A stretch of 64,000 nt of DNA from Polyangiales bacterium (GTDB taxonomy: Bacteria; Myxococcota_A; Polyangia; Polyangiales; Polyangiaceae). A model generated the notes under the pieces. The model saw only the letters and a list, made by a program, of their open reading frames with translations. It was not told where the DNA came from and did not search any database. This document shows positions 44,732 through 55,325 of the stretch, one piece after another. A program made the position numbers and the translations under genes. The stretch is from assembly GCA_038230375.1 (NCBI GenBank), contig JBBRNJ010000035.1, positions 21,379-85,378 on the forward strand, given 5' to 3'. Each line of letters opens with the position of its first letter. Positions within the stretch are counted from its first letter, which is position 1.

Positions 44732-47700
44732 GTGCGTGCCATGGGACACCCTCACGGACCGAGTGATACGCTCACCGTGTTGGCCACGTCGCTCACACAC
44801 GGAAGGGTTCGTCTGGCGCGAGCGGGCCTCCTTGCGTCGATGCTCGCAGCTGCGTGCGGGCACGGGCCGGCTGCGGAGCCCAAGGCGTCCGGCACGGAGG
44901 CACGCGGGCTGCTCGAGCGCCCCGCGACGTTGCCGCTGGACCCCACCGTGAAGGCTCCGCGCTTCGTCCCCACGGAGCTCAAGGGCGCCGCCCTCTACGG
45001 CGCCGAGCCAGACGGCGCGCGACGCGGCATCTACCGAGGCTACCGCGTGCTCGAGACGGAGGATGGCGGCGTGCGCGCATCACAGGCGCGCTTCAGCCAG
45101 GACCCCAGCGTCGTCGTCCCGCTCCCGCCGCGCATGGGCGGAGGCGCGCTGTTCGCAACGGGCTCCACGGTGTTTCGCGCGCCGTACTGGCTGGGTGATG
45201 CGGAGCCAGTGTTCCTGGCAAACGGCCCCATCACCAACCTCTACGTGGGACTCGACCGCGTCTACGTGCGAACGGGCTCTGGCGCGCACACGGCCATGAA
45301 TCCGCGCACGGGCGAGCGCATGGACCTTGGCCCCTTCCCGCGGTCTCCCACCGTTGGTGCGATCAGCGGGCGTGGCTTCGTGACGGCGGATGCGTGGCGC
45401 GGCGCAGCGATCGCGGACTTCGTCGGCATCCTGCTCACCACCGACGCGGGCGAGACGTGGAAGCCAGTGGCCGCGCCGTTCGAGCCAAAGGAGCTGCGCG
45501 AGGTCGACGGGAAGATCTACGCGAGCGACGGCAAGAAGCCGCCAACGTTCTACGAGATCCGGAATGATCGCACGGCCGCGCCGCTGATGAGCGAGCCTAC
45601 TCCGCAGCGCATCGCGCCGAAGGAGGGCCTGAAGGAGCGAACGGTGTTCGGTCGCGCCCCGCTCGAGGCCGCCGTGCTCGAGGGATGGCCGCTGGGCGAC
45701 GGCACAGCGGTGGTCGCGCGTGATGGCCAGCTGGGCCGCGTACGCCTGGACTCTGGCGTGTTGATGGACGCTGACCGCCGCGCGTTCACGTTGAGCCCCG
45801 CGCACTGCAAGGCGATCCCATTCGGTGACTTCGTGGCCAAGGGCAGCTTTGGCTTCGTGTGCGCCGAGCCCGACGGCAAGACCGCGCTCTACGCGTTCGA
45901 TCCCTCCCGCGGCATGACGGTGCCCGTGCGCGAATGGAAGAAGCCGCGCGTGGTCCTCTCTTCCGGAAACGGCGCCGTGGCGATCCGCGGCGGCTGCGAC
46001 GAGGACGCCGCACAGACCAAGGACAACCTGCACCGCTACTGCGTGATGTCCACGAAGCTCTCCTTCCGTGATGTGGACGTGCGCGGTGATGTCGGCAACG
46101 AGCGGGTCGTCGTGCTCGCGGATGGCAGGGTCGTGATCGTCACACCACCACCGAGCGACGGCGCAGGCGCGCGGCTCACCATCCTCGCGGGCAAGGACAC
46201 GAAGACCGTCGCGCTGGAGTTCCCGCCGGTCCCGAGCGACGTGCTCCGCATCTTGCGCGTGGGCGCGTGGCTCGACGGCATGGAGGAGACCAAGCCCAAC
46301 GAGATCGGCGGATGGATCGAGGCCGCGGGCGTGATGCTGGGCATTCACGTGACGCTGGACGGAAAGGTGGAGCTGGGACAGTACGTGCGCGATGCGGGCA
46401 CGCCCATGGTCTCGGGCCGCTACGGCCTGGGCTGGACCACTGGCAAGCGCGGCTACGAGACGGCGGACTTCGGGATGACGTGGACGGCCATCGACGTTCC
46501 GGATCACGAGACAGTGCGCACGACCGCACAGGGCTGCAGCCCGATCGGCTGCACGGGACCGGGCTGGCTGCGCATCGGCTGGGGCGCAGTGACGGAGCCG
46601 GCCCGCACGCCGAAGCTCTCCACGCCGCGACCGCCGATCTCCGACGGGCATCGCGTGGTGAACCTGCGGTGCGAGGCGCTTGAGCCTCCGCCTGCGCCTC
46701 GCAAGGCAGACGACATCGTACAGATCACGCTCGAACCGAACATCCGCTCGTCGCACTGGCCTGGCATCCAGGCGCCCGTGCATAGCTCCTCGCCATGGAG
46801 CTCGTTCTACGACGTGCGCGCGCCAGCGCTCCGCACGGGAGAGCGCGGATTTTCACAGGAGTCGATCGAGACGATCGATCGCAGCGCCCGCGGAATGGGC
46901 CCGTTCGCGCGGCTCTACGTGACGGGGCCACGCACGGGCGATCTGGACCCGAGCAACGCACGTGTCCAGATCCGCTGGCTCACGCCGTTCGGCGGCCACA
47001 CCGACGTGCGCGGGACGCGCGCCACGCCCGCGCAGGAGGCGGTGCTCGAGTGGTGGAAGATGCCTGGATACATGCAACATGCATTCGTCGCCGCGGAGGA
47101 CGAGAATCACGGACTGCTCGTGTCCCGCCGCTACTCGGGCAGCGCCGCCACGGTGCACGCGCTCGAGTCGGATCACGCGCCGCTCCAGTTGAAGCGCGCC
47201 GACGGTGAGCCGTTCGTGGAGATCGACTCCGCGCTGTTCGCGATGGGGCACTGGTATTTCTCCACGCCGGCGCCGGCGGGCGACAGACCAGAGACGATCG
47301 TGTGGCGTGCGGACGGTGCGATCGTCCGCGAGCTCGTCCACGTGCGCCGCGCCGGCCTCGAGGGTCGGCCCACTGGTACACGCCTCACGCGCAGGGCAGA
47401 CGGTCAGAGCATCGGCCTGATCGCGGACGGGCAACCTGCACCTGACGGTCGGCTGTCGCTCCGCTGGGTCCTCCCCATCGACGTGGAGTCGGGGCAGCTG
47501 GGCGAGCCCGAGTCGCTCGGCGCGAACGACTTCTCCGATCGCCACGCGCTCTCGCCGTGCAAGCCGTTCGACGAAGGGTGGGTGATCGATCTTCCGTGGA
47601 CCGCATCACCACGCATCCGGGTGGGCGCGAGCGAGTCCATGACGTTCCAGGCGCAGCTGGTGCGTGCGCGCGTCACGTCTGAGCACGCGTGCCTGGAGCT

Positions 47701-47854
47701 GGCCGCCGGCACGCTCCCCCAGAACGACGAGACGAAGAGACTGCTCTCACGAACGTCGCGGACTGCCCCCACGCACAACAACGCGAACGGCGACGTTCGC
47801 CTCAGCGTGCTCGTCGATCGCATGCGGTACGCGCTGCGATGCACGGGCGAGTAG
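44732..47854 (+). CDS. Large hypothetical lipoprotein with BNR/Asp-box motifs
   Basis: AACG lipobox; TTDAGETW and TADFGMTW Asp-boxes; GC3-biased 1040-aa ORF. Confidence 0.7.
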   Translation: MRAMGHPHGPSDTLTVLATSLTHGRVRLARAGLLASMLAAACGHGPAAEPKASGTEARGLLERPATLPLDPTVKAPRFVPTELKGAALYGAEPDGARRGIYRGYRVLETEDGGVRASQARFSQDPSVVVPLPPRMGGGALFATGSTVFRAPYWLGDAEPVFLANGPITNLYVGLDRVYVRTGSGAHTAMNPRTGERMDLGPFPRSPTVGAISGRGFVTADAWRGAAIADFVGILLTTDAGETWKPVAAPFEPKELREVDGKIYASDGKKPPTFYEIRNDRTAAPLMSEPTPQRIAPKEGLKERTVFGRAPLEAAVLEGWPLGDGTAVVARDGQLGRVRLDSGVLMDADRRAFTLSPAHCKAIPFGDFVAKGSFGFVCAEPDGKTALYAFDPSRGMTVPVREWKKPRVVLSSGNGAVAIRGGCDEDAAQTKDNLHRYCVMSTKLSFRDVDVRGDVGNERVVVLADGRVVIVTPPPSDGAGARLTILAGKDTKTVALEFPPVPSDVLRILRVGAWLDGMEETKPNEIGGWIEAAGVMLGIHVTLDGKVELGQYVRDAGTPMVSGRYGLGWTTGKRGYETADFGMTWTAIDVPDHETVRTTAQGCSPIGCTGPGWLRIGWGAVTEPARTPKLSTPRPPISDGHRVVNLRCEALEPPPAPRKADDIVQITLEPNIRSSHWPGIQAPVHSSSPWSSFYDVRAPALRTGERGFSQESIETIDRSARGMGPFARLYVTGPRTGDLDPSNARVQIRWLTPFGGHTDVRGTRATPAQEAVLEWWKMPGYMQHAFVAAEDENHGLLVSRRYSGSAATVHALESDHAPLQLKRADGEPFVEIDSALFAMGHWYFSTPAPAGDRPETIVWRADGAIVRELVHVRRAGLEGRPTGTRLTRRADGQSIGLIADGQPAPDGRLSLRWVLPIDVESGQLGEPESLGANDFSDRHALSPCKPFDEGWVIDLPWTASPRIRVGASESMTFQAQLVRARVTSEHACLELAAGTLPQNDETKRLLSRTSRTAPTHNNANGDVRLSVLVDRMRYALRCTGE

Positions 47855-47988
47855 GCACCTGGGACAGAACGCGACTCAAGAGCGTCTCAACCCGCACCCC
47901 TTTCAGGTTTGGTGCCGCATCGCGGCATGGGCTTGCAAGATTGCAACGCATGCATGGTTCAAGCCACTGCAATCACTAGCGATATCGA

Positions 47989-48004
47989 CGGCATGGCGAG
48001 TGCA
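47989..48004 (+). promoter_or_regulatory. Candidate sigma54 promoter
   Basis: CGGCATGGCGAGTGCA with GG-N10-GC spacing; TTGCAA-GA-TTGCAA element upstream. Confidence 0.35.
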
Positions 48005-48124
48005 TTGCACCAACCTGCCTGCGTGAGGTGAGGCTGCCCCCCCGGCCCCTTTGCGCAGGCACTTTTCATTTCCGGGCCCCGATCCGGGTCCTCCCCAACA
48101 CACGAACGCGAACGCTCGACTAGA

Positions 48125-51121
48125 GTGCGCGCCGTGCGAACGCCGTCCTTCTCTTCCAGGTCTCTCCGTGCGCTTCTCCTTGGTTCGACCATCCTGCTCG
48201 CCTGCGGCAGCAGTGACACGACCGAACCACCGGCGCCCACGCCGCCCGTCGATCCGGGCGAGCTGTGCGACGCCACCAACACGACGCCGCTGAAGCTGTC
48301 GTTCGATCCGCCGACGCTCGTCCTTTCGCCGGGCCAGACGCGCAGCGTGCGTGTGACGGTCGAGCCGGACGCGTGCCTCGCGATCACCGCGAAGTTCGGA
48401 ACGGATCGGATCGACATCGCGAGCGCCCCAGCGGATGGCATGTTCGATCTTCGTCACGCCACGTACGACTTCACCGTCACGGGCGGCGGGATCGGCAGCA
48501 CCAACGTCACGGTACACGCCGAGCGCACGACCGCCACCGCCGAGAGCACCTTCGACGGGACGTTGCCCGTGGAGGTCCGCGACGGCGCGACCCCCAGGTG
48601 CGCCGATGGCGACAAAGGCGACGTGGTGACCTTGTCGAGCGGAACGCCGATCGCAACGGGCAAGGGCGCGGGCCTTGCGAACGCCAACGTGTCGGTCGTG
48701 AGCACCGCGTTTGCGCGTGCCGACGTGTTCGCGATGCCCGCCGTGAAGGCGAGCGTGAGCTGCGGTGCGGACCTGGCCTCTGTCGTCACACAGGCGGCGG
48801 CGCCGCTGCATGCGGTGAGCGCGCCCGTCACGTTCACTGCGGACGACGCATTCATGGCCAAGCCTCTTCGCCGCGAGATCGACTTCCAGATCCCCGTGAA
48901 TCCGGCCGCGTTTCCCGCCGCCGCGCGCATGCGTCACCTGGTGATGCTCTTCTCGAACCCCATGCGCGCGAAGACGCCGCGTCCCGTGCCGATCGCAAAT
49001 CCGCGCGTCGAGAAGGTGGGATCCGACTACGTGCTGAAGTTCAGCGCACCGTGGTTCGGCACCTACCAGGCCGTGATGACCGAGGACGCGGGCACCCGCA
49101 CGCGCAAGCGCCACCTCACGCATCGCGCGGTCCTTGGCTTCTCCATGGGCGGCGGTGGCTCCGCGAGCTTTGGCGCGCGCCACCACGATCAGTTCGACGC
49201 GATCGTTCCGCTCGGCGGCCCGAGCGACTGGAACTGGATGCTCTGGTTCGTGGAGAAGTACGCGCTGGGCGGCTTCTGCAAGGCCAACGATCCCACCTGC
49301 ACCACGCCGAAGGACCCGCTCACGTATCCCTTCGACGAGCCCATCGCGCACCCCATGGACTACAACCACTGGTGGTACGAGGAGGGCAACGGCAACGGCG
49401 GTCACTTCCCGCGCAGCGAGTACACGCAGATCTTCGAGGACCTGGCGCTCATGCAGGGCAACCCCGCTGGGCAGAACATGGACCCCGACCTGGCGCACAT
49501 GGCGCCGGGCCCGAAGAAGACGGACAAGTGGATCGTCGGTGACCCCACGAACATGCCGGCGGGCGCGAACTGCTCGTTCACCGTGGAGCCCATCGACAAG
49601 GATCCGAACCAGCCGCTTCAGCAGCAGCTGGCTTCGCAGTGCCGCGCGGCGCGCTGCAAGCCCGACGCGATCTGGACGGCGCCCACGAACTTCTTCAACG
49701 CGGACTACAACCCCGACGGGTCGTTGCCGGTGATCAGCTTCTGCGACGGCGGACAGATGGGTACCAGCCCGTACGTGGACACCTGGACGCAGCCCACTGC
49801 GGATCAGGCCGTGCCGATGAACCTGCTCCTTGCCGTGGACAAGAACAAGAACGGGCTGCGCGATCAGGACGAGCCCGTGCTCATCGCCGGCCACGAGCCG
49901 TGGGAGGATCCCGGGATTGACGGGCTGATCTCTGCAAAGGAGCCCGGCTACGATCCGATCAAGAACCCGGACCCGAACCAGGACGACTACGACTACCAGG
50001 TGAACCCGACCGGCACGGAGGGCAACCACCGCTACGACGACGGCGAGCCGTGGAAGGACAACGGCCTGGATGGCGTTCCTGGCACCGCGCTCACGAACGT
50101 CGCTGGCGACATCGGCGAAGGCGACGGCAAGTACACCGAGGCCGTTGGCCTTCAGAACTTCCACAAGAGCGACGCGCACCACATCATCCGCGGCTGGGTC
50201 ACGCCCCCGGGCGGAGCGCTCACGGACACTGCGCTGCAACGCTTTGACGTGATGTCCGACGGCGGCGTGCGCGACCTCTTCAACTTCTCGGTCGTCGCGA
50301 ACCACCTGACGGGCGCGATCGCCGCGCGCAAGGGCCCTGGCGGGCTGCCGTTGCGATCACTTGCATACTACAACAACTTCGAGAACCTGCCTGGCGCGGA
50401 TCCGAAGCAGCCGAACAACTTCACCCCGAACGTCCTTCGATGGGCGGACATCGTGGACATGCCGAACATCCGCTACGGCACGCTCGACGCGACGCCTGCG
50501 CAGATCGAGAACGGCGACGGCATGCACGTGGGCACTGCATTGCAGCTGCTCTTCCGCCTGGAGACGGGCTTCTACTACGTGGCGCACCGCTGGCCGGACG
50601 CGGACCGCAGGCAGACGGAGCTCACGTCGGTGAACCCGGCGACGGACACCATCAACGAGCTCGGGCTCCCGTGCGAGCGTGCGGGTCGATGCGAGAAGAT
50701 CTTCACGGGGCCCAAGACGCAGCGCACCGGACCGATCGCCGTCACGCTGCCGCCCGGCTACAACCTGGCGGAGAACAAGGGCGTCCACTACCCCACCCTC
50801 TTCGTCCTCCACGGCTACGGGCAGGACCCGCGGGACCTGGAGGCAGTGGCGCTCATCACCAACAACTTCATGAACGCCGGTGAACGCAGCTCGGCGACGC
50901 GCCTTCCCAAGTTCATCGTTGTCTACGTGGACGGACGCTGCCGCATGAAGACCGGGCCGGACGGGAAGGCGGGCACACCCGAGTGCGTGCGCGGCACCTT
51001 CTACCTGGACTCGAACCGGCCAGACGGTCCGAAGATGGACCAGTGGTTCGACGAGGTCATCACGTACGTGGACAAGAACTACCGAACCATGGGCCCCGTG
51101 GACGTAGACGTGACGGAGTAG
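48125..51121 (+). CDS. Large lipoprotein with circularly permuted alpha/beta-hydrolase (esterase) domain
   Basis: Lipobox LAC; RAVLGFSMGG; C-terminal LPPGY..YPTLFVLHGYG..FIVVYVDG..YVDKNYRT. Confidence 0.75.
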   Translation: MRAVRTPSFSSRSLRALLLGSTILLACGSSDTTEPPAPTPPVDPGELCDATNTTPLKLSFDPPTLVLSPGQTRSVRVTVEPDACLAITAKFGTDRIDIASAPADGMFDLRHATYDFTVTGGGIGSTNVTVHAERTTATAESTFDGTLPVEVRDGATPRCADGDKGDVVTLSSGTPIATGKGAGLANANVSVVSTAFARADVFAMPAVKASVSCGADLASVVTQAAAPLHAVSAPVTFTADDAFMAKPLRREIDFQIPVNPAAFPAAARMRHLVMLFSNPMRAKTPRPVPIANPRVEKVGSDYVLKFSAPWFGTYQAVMTEDAGTRTRKRHLTHRAVLGFSMGGGGSASFGARHHDQFDAIVPLGGPSDWNWMLWFVEKYALGGFCKANDPTCTTPKDPLTYPFDEPIAHPMDYNHWWYEEGNGNGGHFPRSEYTQIFEDLALMQGNPAGQNMDPDLAHMAPGPKKTDKWIVGDPTNMPAGANCSFTVEPIDKDPNQPLQQQLASQCRAARCKPDAIWTAPTNFFNADYNPDGSLPVISFCDGGQMGTSPYVDTWTQPTADQAVPMNLLLAVDKNKNGLRDQDEPVLIAGHEPWEDPGIDGLISAKEPGYDPIKNPDPNQDDYDYQVNPTGTEGNHRYDDGEPWKDNGLDGVPGTALTNVAGDIGEGDGKYTEAVGLQNFHKSDAHHIIRGWVTPPGGALTDTALQRFDVMSDGGVRDLFNFSVVANHLTGAIAARKGPGGLPLRSLAYYNNFENLPGADPKQPNNFTPNVLRWADIVDMPNIRYGTLDATPAQIENGDGMHVGTALQLLFRLETGFYYVAHRWPDADRRQTELTSVNPATDTINELGLPCERAGRCEKIFTGPKTQRTGPIAVTLPPGYNLAENKGVHYPTLFVLHGYGQDPRDLEAVALITNNFMNAGERSSATRLPKFIVVYVDGRCRMKTGPDGKAGTPECVRGTFYLDSNRPDGPKMDQWFDEVITYVDKNYRTMGPVDVDVTE

Positions 51122-51179
51122 GTCACTTTCTCCATAACCCGCGGCGTCCTCGAGCGTACTCTCCGCCCAGAGGTCACCC

Positions 51180-52016
51180 ATGAAGCGTCTGCTCGCGATT
51201 CTCGTTGTTCCCGCTCTTCTCGCCGCCACCGGCTGTGACGACCCGAAGAAGCCCACTGAAGACATGAGCCAGGCGCTCACGAAGGCCGTGACCTCCGCAG
51301 CGGCACCGTCAGCGAGCGCGCCCATGAGCGCCGCCGCATCTGCGAGCGCCGCGCCGAGCGACGCGCCGGCAGCTGGTGCGACGCGGTTCGTGGTCGAGAT
51401 GGGCAAGGGCACCTTCCTCATCGACGCCCCGCTGGAGAAGATCAAGGGCATGAGCGACGAGACGCGTGGCCACATCGACGTGAACCCGAAGGAGCTCGGG
51501 AAATCGCGCGGCGAGCTCGGCGTCCGTGTCTCCACGCTCAAGACGAGCACGTTCGGCGACATGGACAAGGACACCTCGCAGACGGAGCACGCGCGCAACT
51601 GGATGGAGGTCGGCAACGACGCTTCTGCAGCTTCGCGGATGAAGTACGAGTGGGCCACGTGGACGATCAGCTCGATCGACGCGACGCCCGCGGCCCTGGC
51701 CGACGCGAAGGAGGACAAGGGGGCACGCGCCATCAAGGCGAAGGCCACCGGCGACTTCACGCTCCACGGCGTCACATCGAAGAAGACCGTCGCGGTCACC
51801 GTGACCTTCAAGGGCCCGCCGGACGCGCCGACCGAGATCGTGCTCAAGACCGACGAGGCGATGCCCGTGTCGATGAAGGAGCACGACATCAAGCCGCGCG
51901 ACAAGATCGGCGGCTTCCTGAACGGCGCGCTCGACCGCATCGGCAAGAAGATCGACGACAAGGTTCAGGTCAGCTTCGAGGCCACCATGAAGGCCACGAT
52001 GCCGGCTCACCCCTGA
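51180..52016 (+). CDS. YceI-like lipoprotein
   Basis: Lipobox TGC; APLEKI.G, ATGDFTLHGV. Confidence 0.75.
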   Translation: MKRLLAILVVPALLAATGCDDPKKPTEDMSQALTKAVTSAAAPSASAPMSAAASASAAPSDAPAAGATRFVVEMGKGTFLIDAPLEKIKGMSDETRGHIDVNPKELGKSRGELGVRVSTLKTSTFGDMDKDTSQTEHARNWMEVGNDASAASRMKYEWATWTISSIDATPAALADAKEDKGARAIKAKATGDFTLHGVTSKKTVAVTVTFKGPPDAPTEIVLKTDEAMPVSMKEHDIKPRDKIGGFLNGALDRIGKKIDDKVQVSFEATMKATMPAHP

Positions 52017-52054
52017 TCGGGCTCAATCTGATCGCGGGGCCCTTGCCAAAGTTT

Positions 52055-52080
52055 GATGAATGTCTAAATAGACAAACATC
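52055..52080. promoter_or_regulatory. ArsR/SdpR-type operator
   Basis: GATG-AA-TGTCTA-AA-TAGACA-AA-CATC imperfect palindrome just before the start codon. Confidence 0.65.
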
Positions 52081-52085
52081 TAACA

Positions 52086-52382
52086 ATGTCGGCCAAGAAA
52101 CAGACGATCTTCGGCGCGCTTTCGGACCCCACGCGCCGTCAGATCTTGAAGGTGCTACGCGCGGGCTCGCTGCCCGCGGGTGAGATCGCGGACGCGTTCC
52201 ATCTCTCCAAGCCCACGCTCTCCCACCATTTCCGCATCCTCAAGGCCGCTGGGCTCGTGCGCTCGGAGCGGCGCGGGACGAGCATCGTGTACACGCTGCA
52301 GTCGAGCGTGCTGGAGGATCTGGCGGCGGAGCTCATCGAGCTCGCGTCTCCGCATCCGCGATCGAAGGGAGCAAAGTCATGA
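52086..52382 (+). CDS. ArsR-family autorepressor, SdpR-like
   Basis: FGALSDPTRR.IL, AGEIA..F..SKPTLSHH..L. Confidence 0.9.
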   Translation: MSAKKQTIFGALSDPTRRQILKVLRAGSLPAGEIADAFHLSKPTLSHHFRILKAAGLVRSERRGTSIVYTLQSSVLEDLAAELIELASPHPRSKGAKS

Positions 52383-53032
52383 GCACGCGCGCGCGCACGT
52401 TCGACATTCTCTCGCTGTCGCTCCTTGCGGCCGCTGCTGCGGGCAGCGTGCTCGTGTGGGACCGCCTTCCCGAGAGCATGCCGACGCACTTCGATCTGTC
52501 GGGCACCCCCAACGGCTTCATGCCTCGCCCGTGGGGCGCGGCGTTCGGTCCCGGCTTCGGCGCGCTGCTCTGGGCCTTCGTGCGCGTGGTCGGGCGCCTC
52601 TCGCCTGCGGCCAAGAAGGGCAAGGTGCCTGCGGCGACGATCTCGCTCGTCGCGCTGCTCACCACGGCGTTCCTCGTGGGCATCCATTTCGTGATCCTTC
52701 ACGCGGCGCTCGCGCCAAGGCCCGACGTGATGCGGCCGCTCTGGCTCATCATCGGCGCGTTCATCTTTGCGCTGGGCCTGATCATGCCGCGTCTGCGCCA
52801 GAACGGGGTCGCGGGCATCCGGACCGCCTGGACGCTCGGCAACGAGGAGGTGTGGGCACGTACGCACAGGCTCGCGGGCTACTCGATGGCCATCGGCGGC
52901 ATCACGACGATCACGGCCGGGCTCGTGGGCGGACCTGCGGCGGGCGGCGTGGCGCTTGCGGCGTTGCTGGTCTCGTCCATCGTCCCAGCGGTGTACTCGT
53001 ACCTCCTCGCACGCAAGCTGGCCCGCCACTGA
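52379..53032 (+). CDS. SdpI-family immunity membrane protein (DUF1648)
   Basis: LP..MPTHF...G.PNG; N...GIRT.WTL.NE.VW.RTHR; ATGA overlap with upstream gene. Confidence 0.88.
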   Translation: MSTRARTFDILSLSLLAAAAAGSVLVWDRLPESMPTHFDLSGTPNGFMPRPWGAAFGPGFGALLWAFVRVVGRLSPAAKKGKVPAATISLVALLTTAFLVGIHFVILHAALAPRPDVMRPLWLIIGAFIFALGLIMPRLRQNGVAGIRTAWTLGNEEVWARTHRLAGYSMAIGGITTITAGLVGGPAAGGVALAALLVSSIVPAVYSYLLARKLARH

Positions 53033-53065
53033 GCGCACTCGGCTCCCATCTGCTACCTTTCATCC

Positions 53066-54532
53066 ATGACTCTTCGAACCCTCGTGGTCGGGCTCATTGG
53101 TCTTTCCCTCGCGGGGGCGGCGTTCGTTGCTTGCGGCTCGTCTTCCAACGACGGCAGCGGCTTCGTCAACCCCACCAACGAGGGCGGCGCCAACGGCGGT
53201 GAAGGGGGCGGCGGTCTCTTCGGCGGTGGCGGAGGCGGCGACGCCGCGCCTGCATGCGTCGGCCTTCAGTGCCAGCAGATGAAGTGCGGCGGCGGCGGTG
53301 ACACCACGGTCACCGGCACCGTGTTCGCGCCGAACGGGAAGCTGCCGCTCTACAACGTGATCGTCTACGTCCCGAACACCAAGGTCGCGGACCTCACGCA
53401 AGGCGTCACCTGCGATCAGTGCGGCGCGGCGGCGTCCGGCAATCCGGTCGTGAGCACGCTCACCAACCCCGATGGAACGTTCACGTTGAAGAACGTTCCG
53501 GTGGGCACCAGCATCCCGCTCGTCATGCAGCTCGGCAAGTGGCGTCGGCAGATCACCATCCCCGAGGTGAAGAGCTGCACCGAGAACAAGCAGACCGATC
53601 CGCAGCAGACACGCTTGCCGAAGAACCAGACCGAGGGAAACATCCCGCACGTCGCGCTCACCACCGGCAGCGCCGACAACCTTGGCTGCATGCTCCCGAA
53701 GATCGGCCTGGACGCCTCCGAGTTCGGCAACGGCGCGGATGGCTACGGCAAGGCCGTGCACGTCTACAAGGCCGGCGGCGCACAAGGTCCGTCGGGCGCC
53801 ACCGACGCAACGCCGTTCTGGAACGACGCGACCAAGCTCAAGACGTACGACCTGGTGCTCCTCTCCTGCGAGGGAACCGAGAACGTCGGCGCCACCAAGA
53901 CCGCCACGTCATTCACCGCCGTGAACGACTACCTCAACGCAGGCGGCCGCATCTTCACGACCGACTACATGTACACCTGGTACAAGGACTCGCCTGACAT
54001 GGCCATGAAGGCCGTGAGCTCGATCCCGGGAGGTGCGCCCGTCGAAGGCGGCGACTTCGGCGGACTGACGGGGCCGGGCGATCCGCTCACCATCGACACG
54101 ACCTTTCCGAAGGGGCTCGCGTGGTCGCAGTGGATGAAGACCATCTTCCCCGCATCCGCCACCGTGAAGAACGGCCAGGTCGAGATGGACGTGGTCTTCG
54201 GCAACATCTCCACCACGGACATGACGAAGGCGCAGATCTGGGCGCGCTCACAGAACATGAACGGCGCCACCATGTACCCGCGCATCCAGACCGTGAACGT
54301 CCCGGTCGGTGCGGCTGCGGACAAGCAGTGCGGCAAGGGCGTGCACATCGATGCACACGTCGACTCGAACGGCGCCCCCAACTCCGACCTTGTGACCACC
54401 GCCTACCCGGCGGGCTGCACGCATCCCCTCTCCGAGGGAGAGGCGCTCCTCGCGTTCTTCTTCTTCGACCTGGCGTCCTGCATCCAGAACGACTCCCAGC
54501 CCCCACCGCCCCCTGGTGGCGGCGTGAAGTAG
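53066..54532 (+). CDS. Myxobacterial lipoprotein with carboxypeptidase-regulatory-like domain
   Basis: VAC lipobox; GTVFAPNG..PLYN..VYVP, GTFTL.NVP, GKWRR, FFDL.SC. Confidence 0.75.
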   Translation: MTLRTLVVGLIGLSLAGAAFVACGSSSNDGSGFVNPTNEGGANGGEGGGGLFGGGGGGDAAPACVGLQCQQMKCGGGGDTTVTGTVFAPNGKLPLYNVIVYVPNTKVADLTQGVTCDQCGAAASGNPVVSTLTNPDGTFTLKNVPVGTSIPLVMQLGKWRRQITIPEVKSCTENKQTDPQQTRLPKNQTEGNIPHVALTTGSADNLGCMLPKIGLDASEFGNGADGYGKAVHVYKAGGAQGPSGATDATPFWNDATKLKTYDLVLLSCEGTENVGATKTATSFTAVNDYLNAGGRIFTTDYMYTWYKDSPDMAMKAVSSIPGGAPVEGGDFGGLTGPGDPLTIDTTFPKGLAWSQWMKTIFPASATVKNGQVEMDVVFGNISTTDMTKAQIWARSQNMNGATMYPRIQTVNVPVGAAADKQCGKGVHIDAHVDSNGAPNSDLVTTAYPAGCTHPLSEGEALLAFFFFDLASCIQNDSQPPPPPGGGVK

Positions 54533-55315
54533 TCACGCAGCAGCGCGCTTCTCGACGTAGAGCGTCTGCACGGCTTCGCCGATTGGACCTCGTTCGTCGA
54601 ACATCCATGCTCGGGTGAGGCCGCCTCCGCCGCTCGCGAGGAACGTCTTTGCGCGCATCGCGAACCACTCGCCGAGCGGCGTGCGCCAGAGGGACACCGT
54701 GAGGTTCACGGGGACGAAGAGATAGTCGCGCATCGGCAGCTCTGCGCTCACACCATTCGCGGAGTCCACCATGCACAGCACGCGCGCCAGCGGCGACACG
54801 GGCTCGCCCGCGACCACGTCAATGAGGAGGCGCGACCACACCGTGGATGGACCGGTCTTGTCGAAGCCGCCTTCGTGGAAGCGCCAGTCCAGCGCATGCG
54901 CGTAGCCAAAATCCTGCACGTCCGGGAAGAAGGAGCTGGCGGATTCCTTTGGCCGCGGCGGGACCGGCGCGGTGAGGTTCACGTCCGGGTTGCGCTCGGC
55001 CTCTTCCATCACGCGCCACGCGGCCGCGCGGAGCAGGCGTTTTCCGCCGACATCAGCGAAGGCCTCGCTCAGCTCGATCTTCTTTCCAGGTCGCACGGTC
55101 TTCGTGGAGACGCTCATGGGTGCAAGCGGCACGGGCCCAAGGAAGTCGAGCGAGAAGTGAGCGATGCGCGTCCCCTCGCGCGCGCCCTCGCGATCCAGGA
55201 GAGTACCGAGCAGCGCCGCGGGAGGACCGCCGTGCTGCAGCCGCGCGTCCCACGGACCCACGGTGCTCGCGCTCGGATGATACAGGCCGTCACGCAGGTC
55301 GTAGAACGCGCTCAT
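54533..55315 (-). CDS. Acyl-CoA thioesterase-like (double hotdog) protein
   Basis: GPW...QHGGP, VRPGK, DSANG, L.R.P.GEW. Confidence 0.88.
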   Translation of the reverse strand: MSAFYDLRDGLYHPSASTVGPWDARLQHGGPPAALLGTLLDREGAREGTRIAHFSLDFLGPVPLAPMSVSTKTVRPGKKIELSEAFADVGGKRLLRAAAWRVMEEAERNPDVNLTAPVPPRPKESASSFFPDVQDFGYAHALDWRFHEGGFDKTGPSTVWSRLLIDVVAGEPVSPLARVLCMVDSANGVSAELPMRDYLFVPVNLTVSLWRTPLGEWFAMRAKTFLASGGGGLTRAWMFDERGPIGEAVQTLYVEKRAAA

Positions 55316-55325
55316 GGCTGCTCCC

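Noticed and set aside
47923..47938. CGGCATGGGCTTGCA as a sigma54 promoter
   Set aside because: GG-GC spacing is 9 nt rather than the required 10
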